Source: Tubiluchus corallicola (lineage: Eukaryota; Animalia; Priapulida). From it: 64,000 nucleotides of DNA. Made by a program: the position numbers and the translations under genes. Below are positions 14,301 through 27,609 of the stretch, in pieces (positions within the stretch are counted from its first letter, which is position 1; the number at the start of each line of letters is the position of its first letter). Below the pieces are notes generated by a model. That model was given only the letters and a program-made list of their open reading frames with translations. It was not told the origin of the DNA and searched no databases. The stretch spans positions 124,001 through 188,000 of the forward strand of contig JAQGDQ010000385.1 of the NCBI GenBank assembly GCA_030141605.1, written 5' to 3'.

Positions 14301-17300
14301 GATCCGTGGCAGCGTGCATTTGTGTCATTTATTAGTTTCTTTGGTTGCCGGTTTTCCATTAGTGATTAGCTGCAAGGCCACTCATAACATGCAATTAAAT
14401 AATAAAGCGACAAGAGGTCGTCTCCTTACTGGAAACTTCTCATGTCATCAAGTATTTGAGTAAATGTAGTTTTCCAGTTTGAGACAAGAATGCATGCGGC
14501 TCTTGCGCAGAAAGCGATTGCACTGCTAATTACTGCAGCATCTCGCGGAATATTTCCTGCCGACGCATCTATAAGCCGTTTGCAATTATTGTGGTCATGT
14601 GGCAAATGATTCCACGCATTATTTTTTCCTCTTAAAAGCTTTTCTTGAGGTCCACTTAAGCTACTTGAACCTTGCATGATTCTTGCCGAGCTCTCGGTAC
14701 GCAGTGACAGAGCTTTTAAAACTTTCACGAAATCCATGATATTTAGCTGATTCTTGAGGGTATTACGATTAATGGGTCTCCACTACATACTTGCTTGTCC
14801 AATAGTCTGATTAGAAATTAGCGAAAATTAATAGTCAAATCTATTGTTGCATAATTTAGCTCTCAATTTTTGCTACTGCTAGAAACTTAACGCAGACTTT
14901 TTCAAATCACTGGGTTTAGGAATAGAAACAACAAAACCTTTCTAAATGAATTCATAATGAGTGACGCATAACCTTAGCCGATGATCGTCAGTTCTTTAAA
15001 TTAGTACATGGCCAACTTGAAAAATAAGAACATAAAGATCATACATAATTTTTAGCTCTTGTTACAATTACATCTTAATTTGGCTAACATAGAACCTGTG
15101 GTATAAAGGCATAATGGAATATGATGGCAGCCATTATAAAGTTAAAGTTGCACATGAATATAAATGGGTTTGTAATCGCTTTGCCCGATAAACGTTTGAG
15201 GTCAGTCTATTCCAGTTACTAAAATATTTATTTTGCTTTATTTAATGGTATTTCAGGATAAAAAACACAAGAAAGCCCGAAGTTTTTTGTGACCTGTGTA
15301 AATATTTTAATATTTTAACATATTATTTTAATTACTGTACAGAAATTATTTGTTTGATTATGTCGATTATGATCCGAGATCTTTATCCTGATATTTATTT
15401 AGCATATTGCATGCCACACATGAGTTGCAACTTATTGCAACATGACTTTAAAAGTCTCAAGGTGAATTGATCTTGGCCTAGGATATGAAAGTTTTCGCTG
15501 TAAGAACATCGATTAGTCAACATGCTTGGGATCTTTCAGTCACTTTCCAAACCCGAGGTCACACAGGTTTTCTTTGGTTGTTTGCCACATTACTAAGTGA
15601 ATAATCTTGCTTTGACATCAGATGCATAGTGTGTTTTATTAATTAATACGCGCGGATTTAGTTCTATACTTACCACTTCAAATTTATGTGTATTTTAGAT
15701 GAATCCTTTTGATAAACTTTGATAATTAACATGGATGAAACACCACCTGGACTGCCTTGACCTAAGGTCAAAAATTACTCATTAAGTAAACACATCAACT
15801 CATTATAAAAATTGTTTTAAAGTGTTTTTGGGATTCAAAACATATATACGTATTTCAACTTTGTGATCTTTCGAAACATTAGCCTCTTAATTTAGTGACC
15901 TTTTAGTCAAGTGGTTCAGCGAACTTCTCTCCCATTAGTTCTTTGGTTTGTCTCTAGGATATCATTTTTGGTTTACTAATAAATTTTTTGTGGTCGTCAG
16001 TTTCTCAACCCTGTGTTGTTACTACGTTGCATCAAGCTGAGTAGCTGTGCTTCGTTGGAAATGGTTCACGTGGAGAGTATTAAGGGCCTCTGTGGTCCCA
16101 TGGATTAACTGACCACTCAAAATGTACTGAAAAATTCGTTAGTTGAGAGAAAACTTCTGGACTAAAAAAATCAATGAGTGAAAAAAGCCGAAATGAAGTA
16201 AATATTTCATTTAAAAAAATAATAATTGAAGAAAATGAGCGATATTTTGCCAGCCGTTTCAGCAGTTTTCTCATCTCATTGGTTTCAATTTCTGGCTGAA
16301 TTAGTTATAATAATAATTTTAATGTCTTGATTTACATTTCATTGATTTTAATATTAGAAATTACTTCTAATGCTATACTTATTTTGTAGAGTAAGCGCTC
16401 AATACCCTAGAGCTACAAAAAGTTTTTTGAGTTTAAGCGGCATTCATTTTTAACGTTATTACGGTAATCATTACTACCTTAGCATTTGAGCATTTTGATG
16501 CCGGAGCGCAATTTTATTAGCGCATGCACTCAAACGTTTACGCATGCAGCGCGCAGATAAAAATACGTTTGTTCGTGTTTATCACTTTATTTTGATAAAT
16601 TTATTCGAAATTTACGAGCCAGTGAGCAATAATTAACAGATTGAATAAAGTCGTGACATTAATTACTGCTTTTAAAATTCAATTGCGCCATAAGCAGCAG
16701 GCAATTCTGCCAATTGTTTCGAGTTATTATTCTTTTATGAGGAATTCTGCATAATCATAAGCCACTTAAGCTGCATAATAATATCCCAACTGCCGGCGAA
16801 CCGCATCGATAGGCTATTTTATCACCGCTCTAAATGGCTCGCAAACTAAGTTGACAGAAAGTAATGCATAAAACAATTCATATTAAATCTTGAAAGCAAC
16901 CAGGCATTGGAAAAGACTTCTAACAAAGCTAGCGACTGCGTTTAATGTAAGGTAATTGTAGTTAATGCATTGCGTTCGCAATATTGCCACAGTGCCTTTG
17001 ATTTTTGTGCGACGTAATATCATCATTTTCAAACAAATATGGCTCGGTGCACAATCATATTTAGGCATAGATAGATCCAAATTACACACATGTTAAAATT
17101 CCGACTGATGAAATTATTGCCTAAACGTGTTTAATTTCATTTCAGTAACCATTATACGTTTGGGTGATTAACACGGTAACACTTTTCTCTTCTTTTTAGA
17201 CTCGGTATTAGACTTGAGGCTCAAGTAACGCGATTCTAGATGGTGGATAGAAAATTCCGGAAATCCGTTTTAAGTGAACAATAATCAACAATCGCTAAAA

Positions 17301-19825
17301 AAATGAAAACATTTTTAAAATGGAAAGCCGCCAGGAGAGGATTCATCGGCTATCCTCGGGAAGGTTGTGTGGAAAACCTTTTACCTTTATTTTGATAAAT
17401 TATCAAGGCAAGAGTAACGGCATCGTCATTTTGAGGAGGCAAGCTAAAATTTGTTACTTGATTGAAAATCAAGTCATTCGAAGGTCACGAAGTATAAAAA
17501 TGCAAAAATGAGAAATATACTAAATTACTTTATTTACTAAAGTTAAACTAGCATCGCGTAATTAAAGGCAATAAATTTGGCGTAATTTTAGTTTATGTTC
17601 AGCATGAAAACTTATGCAACCCATGTACGAGTAACTTATGCAAATTAATGTTACTGAATCTTACTGTTAAGTGACAAGCACAACTTAGCGCCACCTTTTC
17701 AGTTAGTCAGTCATTTACCCACTTACTAAATTTTACCCGTTTTACGCCGGTGAAAACATGGGGTGGCCTCTAATCGCGAAAAAAGCAAGCCAGAGAGTAG
17801 TGTACTTTTACCTATGTAGTGTCCATTGCAGACACTTCTTTGATTATTTTTTACTAGGAGGTGCATTTTTCACTGGATTACTACTTTACAGCACTTTTAC
17901 CCAACACTAAAATAGATACGCGTATAAAAATTTGCTCTGAGAAACTGGTCAATAGAACAAACACTCAATTTCGTTAATAACTTACTGTCCAGTGTCATTC
18001 ACAACCGACATTATTTTGCTTTAGACGTTAATCACGTATTTTCTCTCATTGCCCCCAGCTTTCTCATCTGTTTGTCCTTCTTTACTGAGTTTGTGTACAC
18101 AACAGGACAAAATTAGTGATTCTCTATCATGAGTAAATATGTGCCAGTCATTCATATAATGCTACTGCTTTGATGAGTTATTTTCTATTCTAGATTTGCT
18201 TCTGTCCGGAACTGAATTAAATGTAAGACGTATAGCAATTGTTAGGACAAACGGTTTACATCCGTTCTAGAAAATAAAATTTTTAGCACTGCGCAAAACG
18301 GCATTTTTGTGAATCAACAATTTTTGGACGATCACTAGAATAACCCTCAGCTTTAGTATCACAAGTCTAACCCAGAGGTTCTCGCGTACCAGATCACAGA
18401 CCACTTGTTTTCTTATTCTAAGTCCTGAAGTCCGATGGTTTGAAGCTAGTTCTTTGAATGAAATTCTTCTACTTCTTTCCTTGGCTCGATTTCTTCCTGT
18501 TGAGAAGTTAAAATTTGAAATTCCTTCCCATGGAACCAAATGCCTCTCGTTTGACAATCAGTAGTTCAAACTCTTATCTAACTTGAGAATCATCTTTGTC
18601 AGCACCTCAGAAAAATAAAAGAGCATATATCAACAAATTCGACAATTCATTGCAAATAAGATTCTTTTGTCAGAACTCAACCGTTTCAACCATTCAACTA
18701 GCCGCCATTATGCTGCAAATTTCACGATTTTCTACTTTTTTATCGCATAACTGAAATAATTACGAAGATTTTGTGTACTGTGTGTGAACGGCCATACGCG
18801 CTCTTTTCTAAATCAGCAACAAGTAAAATATTATTTTTCCCTATTTCGAAAAAATATTGATCAGTTGACTGTCTCGTGTGTTTACACTGGCTAAAGATAT
18901 TATTTTTCTTCGCATTAGGTCATTGTACCCTCTTCCTGGAATTTTTCCCTTATATGCCTGAATACAGAATGCAGCTGATTCTACATTCTAACAATAAAAT
19001 ACCCTTTTTCCAGTGCGGGTAATTTTTACAAGAGCATTATGGAGAACGAAGTGCGGAATCTTGCACCAAAAACACGGAAAAACATTATTTTTTCTGCATT
19101 ATAATGCTTAGTCGTTTGTGCGTTAGCATTTATCGCACATTCTTCGTTAATTTACTCTATATGGACTATAGAAAGTTGGCTATTTTATAAAATTGAAAAC
19201 TGTCAAGAAAACACAAGCGGTTTGTGTACGCATGTGTAAATTTAAGCTATGGTTGTCAGAATCACTGGTCGGATGTTTAGTTTGTGCCCAATACACACAC
19301 AACAACAAACACAAAGCTAGCATCCCACAAAAATGAAACAAGGTTAAAATTTCACAAGCAAAACAGTTAGTGGCCTATATATTGGACAATGTCCGCACAG
19401 AACTCATTTGTCTCTTTGTTATAAATATTTTCCCATTTAAGCAAAACGTGCGATGGACAGTCATGGACTTTCACCAATTTTAGCTATGAATGACTACCAG
19501 CTCATAGCGACGTAACGCCTGTCGTGTTTTCGAGTAAGTTACGTACTCCAGTGCATATGCATTAATCACTATTAGTTATAATGGTCAAAGTTTTTCTACA
19601 TCAGTCTGCTAAACGTGAAAGAAGAATGTCACAGCAGTACGATAATCAGTTGGTTATGATCATCACCAAAGAGCAGCATAATTAAAGACACACTTGTTTT
19701 TTTTACTATTTACAAGCTGTTATTCCTAATTAAGAAGCACTGCAATGAATGATCAGTATTGTAATAAAGAATACTACTCGTTATTGAAATATTTGGCTAA
19801 CCTACGCCTATTTGAATTCCTAACA

Positions 19826-20040
19826 GGGTAGACGAGACTAAGTCTATTGATAACGTGTGCGCTTTCCGTCTGGGAGGTTGGGAGTTCGATGCTGCGGCTG
19901 GGTAATACCAAAGACATTAAGAAAAACGTGTTATTGTCCTTCCTGGCGCGTGGTATTTAGGGTAAAAGTGGGGTAATAACTGTGTCTGCTATGTAGGTGC
20001 AGATTTGTTATCTATAGTCGGCGAAAAAAGCTATTAAACT
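19826..20040 (+). mobile_element. tRNA-derived SINE, copy 1
   Basis: A-box-like AAGTCTATTGA and B-box-like GAGTTCGATGC followed by CCAAAGAC...CCTGGCGCGTGGTATTTAG; alignable by eye to 20720-20955. Confidence 0.65.
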
Positions 20041-20719
20041 TTGCATTAACTAAAAGATTACTAAAATGATATAATAAATTGTCACACATTCAACTTTTGA
20101 GTCTAAATATGGCTAAAGAAAAAGCGAAATAAATCACAAGTGAGTCAGCAATGACTGCTGACAGAGATGTTTAGGCTAACCCGACAACTCAACGTCTTAG
20201 ACCACCAAGTCTCTAGCTTGCAATCAAGACATTGCGATAAATTTAATTCAATTCCAATGACCCTCTTCCAATGCTTTTAGCATTCCAAATGTTAGTTTAC
20301 TAACCCTAGAACAGTTAATAACGATTGCACTTTTTGCTGTTTTACTTATAAACTAGTATGGTCCACCACTGTCCATGCGTAATAAATTACTTATAAATGA
20401 TCATGTCAAAATTATTAATCAGCGATGAAATAAAATACATTTTATTAAACTTTTCAATCGAAATACGGTTTTATTTTAGATACGCAGATACGTGTGATAC
20501 CTGATAACTAAGTAGCATAACAAGCAACAGTGTAGTGATGATACAAAGTAGTTCTTATGTCATAGATACACCAAATTGACATAGTGCTTGCGGAAACTTA
20601 TTCACAACAATATAACGAATTAGTGTATATTACTGTGTTAAAGTGTGTAGAACAAACACGGGTTTCTCGCGATTTTGACTAAATTGGTTTGTTTATAACC
20701 GATTGGTTTGTAATCGTCT

Positions 20720-20955
20720 GGTCCGGTTTAGTCTAATGTTAACGCGCCCGCTTTCCTTCTGAGAGGTCGTGAGTTGGATACAGCGGCCGGATCATGCCAA
20801 AGACTTTAAAAATGGTACCTGCTGTTGCCCTACCTGGCGCGTAGTATTTAGAGTAAAGTGGAGTGGTAATAGTCTCTATTATGTAGCTGTAGATTGTTAT
20901 TTACAATCGGCTCAAAAGCTCTTCGGAGCTTATGTTAATTGGACTTTTTATTAAA
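20720..20955 (+). mobile_element. tRNA-derived SINE, copy 2
   Basis: TAGTCTAATGTT (A-box-like), GAGTTGGATAC (B-box-like), core CCAAAGACTTTAAAAATGGTACCTGCTGTTGCCCTACCTGGCGC; (ATT)n just downstream. Confidence 0.7.
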
Positions 20956-22377
20956 TTGTTCATATAAAAAGCCGACTTTAAATTATTAATATTATTATTA
21001 TTATTATCCAGAATCTTCTATTAAAAGTCGCAGTTGCATTTTTCAATTATCATGGTGTTGGTTTAATTGTTCTCAGGCAAATGTGTTGAATGAAAATCAC
21101 TAGAGACCCCTTGTACATCACTGTAGTAGGAACTGCCATCAGCATGTAGTAGGATGCAGCATTGAAATAAGTCATCATTATCACCGTCACTCTCATCGTC
21201 ATCACTATGTCCCATCACAAACAGAATGTTGTTCATTTAACGCGAAATGAATGACGAATCACAAACAACAATTTGCTTATGTTCGTTTGTTGAACCACAA
21301 AAAGTATTAAACAATGAATAACAACTAGCTTATACTCTCACTTGTAGGGCATCATCATTTTATAAGTAAAATCTGGATTGTGCACAAAAGTAAAGTCTGA
21401 AAAAGGGGCCATTGAGTGTAAAACTTATTCTTTTAGGGCGAAAAAATAGCTGTCTGTGCTTAGCCCGCCCGAACCCTGGCTGGGCAATGACCTCACATAC
21501 AGCACGCATTTGCATTTTGTTTGTTACTGTTCATAAATTTCATATCCCATATCCAAATTTCAACGTTCTGTAACAAATTTTTAGGATACTGCAAACGATC
21601 AAAACAGCTGTCCACTGAGCCATGTGATGGCAAAGGCCCTGCGTTATTTATCGGTAGATGGCAGCACTAGACAGTCCATGGTAACGCAAAACATGCTATA
21701 ATCGGCACTATTTTCAGCATCATCATCGACTCACGTTATTTTTAAGCTAACAAAAACTAAAGTGTTTTCAAACAAATACAAATGTTCAATTTGTAGCCGG
21801 GTTAAGCCGAATTTCAAAACAAAATGGAACATGGTGTCATGGCCTTTCTTTGCCTGGTGTTAAAAAATAAAGAGCTTAAAAAGGGGGATATGCTGGGCAT
21901 TAACTCTTTAGCTGCGCAGTTGTTAACCTTGTTCTGTAAAGAACAGGAAAAAATATTGAAAACTAGAAAACAGAACAAAGTCGGGTCACTAGTTCACCAT
22001 GGTAAGTGAGGTAGTATCACGAGCTCACCTGGAAAAATCAACATTGAAAATTCTGTTGTTGTTTACATTACTTTTAAATGACAAAGTTCACATAAATTAT
22101 ATTATTATTATTATATTATAAATTTAGGGGGCGCTACTTACCGCCGCCATTACGCAAAAAGCTCCACGTGAATAACCGTGTTTACACCACTAATGCGCAA
22201 TCGCTCTCGCGCAGTGACGTATGTGGCCCTTAACCTGTATTTTTAGTTTTTTTGCATAATTTATGATTATTATGGTTGCAGCCACGGGAGTTTGTATCAT
22301 ATTACAGTGTTCCCACATATTAGATTATAAAAGTAAAGGTTTTTTCTTTATTTCGCAAATGCAATTAAGATGAAAGT

Positions 22378-24974
22378 GTGTCAAAAATTAATCAATATAA
22401 ACAATTTTCTAATAAACTTAATCATCTCATAAATTTAGCCAAAAGAAATTATTATTGTACTTTACTACATGATAATAAAACCAATATTAGAAAGACTTGG
22501 GCAACATTGAATGATTTGATCAATGGACAAAACAAGCAGCACATAACTCCAACCAAACTAGTAATAAATCATGCTGAGATTACGGAACCCCCTGCTATCT
22601 GTGAATTCATGAATAATTATTTTGCATCGGTTGGTTTTGATATGGTAAAAAAGGTACCACCTACTCCAATAACATTTGATTCTTTCCTTAGAATGCCTAA
22701 TCAGAACTCCTTCTTTTTTGCGCCAATTATTGAGTACGAAGTTTCCTCTGCTATTGCTGCATTGAAAACCAATAAATCAACAGGACCCGAAAACATCTCG
22801 AATCAGTTTTTTAAAATTTCACAGTCCATTATTACTCCATTATTAACTATGCTGTTCAATAAATGTGTAGAAGAGGGTATCTATCCTGACGTGTTGAAAA
22901 TTGCAAAAATAATCCCGATTTACAAATCTGATTCTCCCATTAATCCCACTAATTATAGGCCAATATCTCTCTTATCTCCCATATCAAAGATTTTTGAAAA
23001 ATTAATTTACTCTAGGCTAGCTAAATTTCTTTTAAAAGAACAAATTTTAACTAAATTCCAATTTGGATTCAGAAAAAATCATTCTACATCTTTAGCTGTG
23101 TCAGAAATAATTGAAAACTTCCTTGCGAATATTGATAAGGGGAAAACTACTTGTGCTATATTTTTAGATTTATCGAAAGCATTCGACACGGTTCAACCTG
23201 ACATTTTGTTATATAAGTTATCATACTATGGTATCAGGGGACGTCCTCTTGTGCTTTTCACGTCTTACCTTACTAATAGGAAACAGTTACATCTATTGAC
23301 TCATCGGAATCTAAACTTGCTGATATAACCTGTGGTGTCCTACAGGGTTCTACATTGGGTCCATTGTTATTTCTTTTATATATTAACGATCTGCCATCTT
23401 GTTCGCAATTTAACACCAGATTGTTTGCAGACGATACAAACTTATTTTTATCACACCAAAATATCAAAACACTAGAACATTCAGTAAATGTGGAACTGGA
23501 CAATATTAATAAATGGATGCAAGCAAATAAGCTATCGGTAAATAATAAAAAAACAAAATATATGTTAATTGGAAACAAGCAACATAACAATAGTTTAAAC
23601 ATAAATATGGGAGGTTGTACTATTCAATCTACACAAGAAATCAAATATCTTGGTATATTTATAGATAGTAGAATTACTTGGAAAACACATGTTCAGCATA
23701 TAGTCAACAAAATTAGCAAATTAAGTGGAGTATTAGCTAGAATACGACACTACATAAATGTAGATGCACTACGGCTCTTATATTTTTCTCTTGTCATGCC
23801 ATATCTGAAGCCTGGCATTCTCGCCTGGGGTAGTGCTTCAGCATCGGTCTTAAAATCATTGGTTTCTAAACAAAACAAGATTATCAAACTTATAACATTT
23901 ACTAGCAAAAGGGAACATGTAACACCTTTGTATTTGCAACTAAATCTACTAAAAGTTCATGATCTGTATAAATTAGAATTGCTCAAGTTTGTACATAAAT
24001 TCAAAAATAATTCACTTCCAGATCTCTTCAGCAATTATTATACTTTAGCATGTCACATGCATCACCACTCTACTAGGTTTGCTACAACCCAATCTTATTT
24101 TATTGAAAGATTTAACTCATCTAAAGGCCAGAATTCTTTAAAACACCAAGGATCTTTGCTGTGGAATTCATTACCAGACCAGTTAAAGTCCAGTAACTAC
24201 AAAAAGTTAATTTTAAACTATAAAAAACAACTTATTGCAGGATACAAATAAATGAGACATTTTGCTTATATACTTGTAATACTATACATATTTTTTTCAT
24301 TGCTACGACACTTAAAGATTTTGTTTAAGTTTTTGTTATATTTTGATTTCATTTTGTCTGATTTACAGTTGAAATAGTTTTTCGATGGTTTAATTTATTA
24401 TATTTTCTTTCTCAACAAATTCAGTCATTGATGTTATTATTACAATATTTCAGTTTTGTTTTTCTTATTTGCTTCTGTTTCTTGTTTTGTTTTGTATGAT
24501 TTATATTTGCCTTATTTTTCCTTGGTTTATTCTATTATATTTTTTTCTCGACAGCTTTGGTTGATCATTCTACTGTTTTTTGTTTTGTTTTTTTGCCGGA
24601 TTTTTTAGTTAATGCTCAAATTATGCATATTCTGTTATCTTAAAAATCTCTAGTTATTTTTATTGTGTTTGCTTCTCATGATTCATAGTATTTTAGAATT
24701 GTAAATCTTTCGTTATTTAAACTATATGTTCTACAGTATTACGATACCTCTCATTCAATTGCCAAATTAACACACATCAACCGAATACAAATTTAAATTG
24801 ATAACGACGCCATAATTAAGTTTATTTAATCATAACTATTTAAGGGTGGCTGACTTGATAACCTACGGGTTCTTCGCTGCCCTTCTCCTTTGCTTCAAAA
24901 TATTCCATGTATTCTTTATACTGTATTTTTATCGTTCTAACGGAGATAATAAATAATTGAATTGAATTGAATTG
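22378..24974 (+). mobile_element. 5'-truncated non-LTR retrotransposon (CR1/L2 group) with reverse transcriptase broken by one frameshift
   Basis: ORFs 22378-23328 and 23355-24251 carry YRPISLL, QFGFR, FLDLSKAFDTV, GVLQGSTLGPLLFLLYINDL and FADD. Frameshift near 23288 (RKQ / TSIDSSESKLADITCGV). T-rich 3' UTR ends AATAAA + (ATTGA)n at ~24950-24974. Endonuclease domain absent. Confidence 0.93.
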
Positions 24975-25060
24975 TCACGTGCCTTTTAAGCTAGGCCCTG
25001 ATAATGCACAAACTAGTACGAAATTCGTCACGTGACTACACACACACAAACAAGATGGCG
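24974..25060 (+). promoter_or_regulatory. Probable NOL11 promoter/start region
   Basis: GTCACGTG (24974-24981), palindromic GTCACGTGAC (25027-25036) and CAAGATGGCG (YY1-like, ATG at 25055), typical of housekeeping-gene starts. Confidence 0.6.
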
Positions 25061-26933
25061 ATACTGTGTAGAACTGTGAATACAGCGTAATTATTGGTAA
25101 TTATACCTAAATATATGATTAAATTACAATTAGATTAGCGGAAACATTCACTGATGACGTAAGAATAATAGAATAATAACGTACGAGCCTAGAAACGAGT
25201 AATAACCTAGGAAAAACTAGGCGGTGCGAAAGTGTAATAGCGCCCTATAACCTGTTCTAATTTATCTAAACAGAGTAAGAAGTGAATAAAAATAGTAAAC
25301 ATAATCATAATCTTTTCCTCCATTTCATATGAGATTTTATTGTTGGAATGTTTGAAATCTATGTATGTCATGGTCAACATGGAAAACCATAATGCCTAAG
25401 TAGACCCCCGTAAAACGTAACATCAAGCCTTGGACCCGCTGGTTTTTCAAGTGAACCCTTCGACATTGCATCCTCTCTAAAGACATATTAATTATACCTG
25501 TTTCGTTGAATTTTTGGTTCCCCTCTGGAAAATTGTAGGACAACAACCGTCCACGTATGTTGCACAACCCTTTTATTGTGAATAAAAGATGATGCGACAG
25601 GTTAGTCTGATTTGTGGATGAGTTGGGACTTAAAGAGTTGCATCCCCACCATAAAAATCTACTAGCTCCCAACAAAGATGATCAAGCTTCCCTTTGAAAT
25701 TAATGTCATGAGTAGGACTAGAAGGCGTAGCAAGAAATTGAGGAAGTTTACACACGAGAGAGAAACTTGTGATAAAATGATTAACAAGAGAGACAACTAT
25801 GGCGAGTATGGGCAAAAAGTCTACTTATAGGCTTCGCCCTGTCGATCTACGGTAATTGTTATAGTAAGTAATTTCTCCTTCGTGACAACTCCATCAAATT
25901 TAAAAAGCCACACAAAAAGAAACCATACTGTAGAACATGTGTTAGTAAGAGCCAATGCTTGCATCAGATAAGTGATAAAATTTAGAGAAATTATGGGGGC
26001 CATTGTAGAGATGTAACAACAGCAGCATGATAGGATGCAGTTTTCTTTTTGACATGCTCCTTTATAATGTGAATAGACAGCTAATAGAAATATTAGTATA
26101 ACTATAACCGTTATGAATCACCTGAGCTGGTACAAAGGTGTAGGTGACAACTAGCAAGTACTATTGTACAATCAGTGATGTGCACATTAAAAGCTTGTGG
26201 CATTTTTCCTATCCAGGCGAAATTGATTACATTCTCACAGATATCAGGCATTTGATGACTTTTAACTATATGCAAGGCATATCACTTTTATATAAGAACA
26301 TATTTATTTCACAGAAATTACAATATAATAAAAATGAGCCAATATTTAAACTGCCAGTAGCGTTATAGTGTTGTATATTATTCAGATGCAGAATTAACTT
26401 GTGGTGTGTTGGCATTCTGTAATACAGGGTATTATCTGATTATTTCTTTAGAAATAACAATACATTTTTCATTTCTTATTTTTATTAGGCCAACATTAGA
26501 ACACCATTACCATTAAACCTAATAATATTTATCATAAGTTGAATTTGTCCTAATCAAATAAATAAATTAGAGTATAAAGGATTATCATGTGGGTAAAAAA
26601 ATCAAGTAATATCAAGTAAAATCAATGCATGTCACTGCAAGTAGTAAGGTTGAAGAAAAGCTGGGCTTTACATTAAATGACTTGTAACCAAGAAGACGCT
26701 GTTTGATGGACAATAATGGTAAACAAGTAAGAATTTGATATTTGCAATCGTAGCAAGTCAGGTAATGTAAGTGATACGGAAAACTAATGTAATTAATGGT
26801 TAATTATATTATTATGGTTTAATTAAACCCACTCATGCAAAAAAGTTGTGAATAAACATACTTTGTAGTCTAATGAATGTCAGTTTCCCAAAATGCACCA
26901 TATTATTACCGTACGATCATTTTTTCGGTTTGT

Positions 26934-27423
26934 GAAATCCAGACAATCTATCTCATTTTAAATGACTGTCCAAGATATACATTTTCTTGTCTATGGAAGT
27001 TAGCAATTTTTTCTAATATTCGAATAATTTACATTGGAAAGTTAATTAATCGCAACCAAACATAGCTAGCGCTTACATCGCCAACTAATAACAGTTTGTG
27101 CAATGGTAGCCATCTTCCCTGCGCGTCAAGCATATCTGCATAATAAGCTGTACATCACAGACGAACACTGCAGTTTAAGGTCATGCTTATCTCACGGTAC
27201 AGCGCCTATTTGTCGGCCACGATAATGTGACAAAAAGGCACCATTGCCAGTCTTAGTGGATTTGCTGAGCTGCCCATAGCCTTGAAAGTTTAATAAAATT
27301 TAACTATCTGAGGTGATTGTTATTTAACCTAAGCTTTGATTTAAAAACTGTTGTAATTTTCAACATTTCAGAACATACCTTATTTTCAACTGATGTCTAC
27401 ACAATCGTCTGGTTTCCCTTTAA
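26934..27423 (+). mobile_element. MITE family B copy (Kolobok-like), left end degraded
   Basis: Homologous to 31105-31653; right end ACAATCGTCTGGTTTCCCT|TTAA. Confidence 0.7.
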
Positions 27424-27609
27424 GAATCACAAACACGCAATTTAACTAATATGGAATAATTGTTTGCCTAATTAAACTTTTGACAAAAATTATTTCAGTG
27501 ATGACTATGACGTTAAACGAGACTTTTCCCAAACTTAAATTTTATACCAGTAGTTTTATATTATTTATTTTTTGTTTTTCGTTGTTAATTATTAATTTTA
27601 ATTATTTAG

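Noticed and set aside
18267-18715. Minus-strand coding-like, purine-rich segment
   Set aside because: Stops in the frames examined and no recognisable motif; possibly a decayed transposon but not supportable.
19826-19905. tRNA gene
   Set aside because: No clean cloverleaf; continues into a repeated body, so treated as a SINE head.
26890-26935. Minus-strand NDRTVIIW resembling NOL11 exon 1 (inversion hypothesis)
   Set aside because: Match is too short and the flanks do not extend it; an inversion does not restore a reading frame from the ATG.
27499-27549. Additional small NOL11 exon
   Set aside because: Has AG and GTAGTT borders, but is in frame only if an alternative acceptor at 27616 is used, and the peptide shows no clear NOL11 similarity. 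Unresolved.
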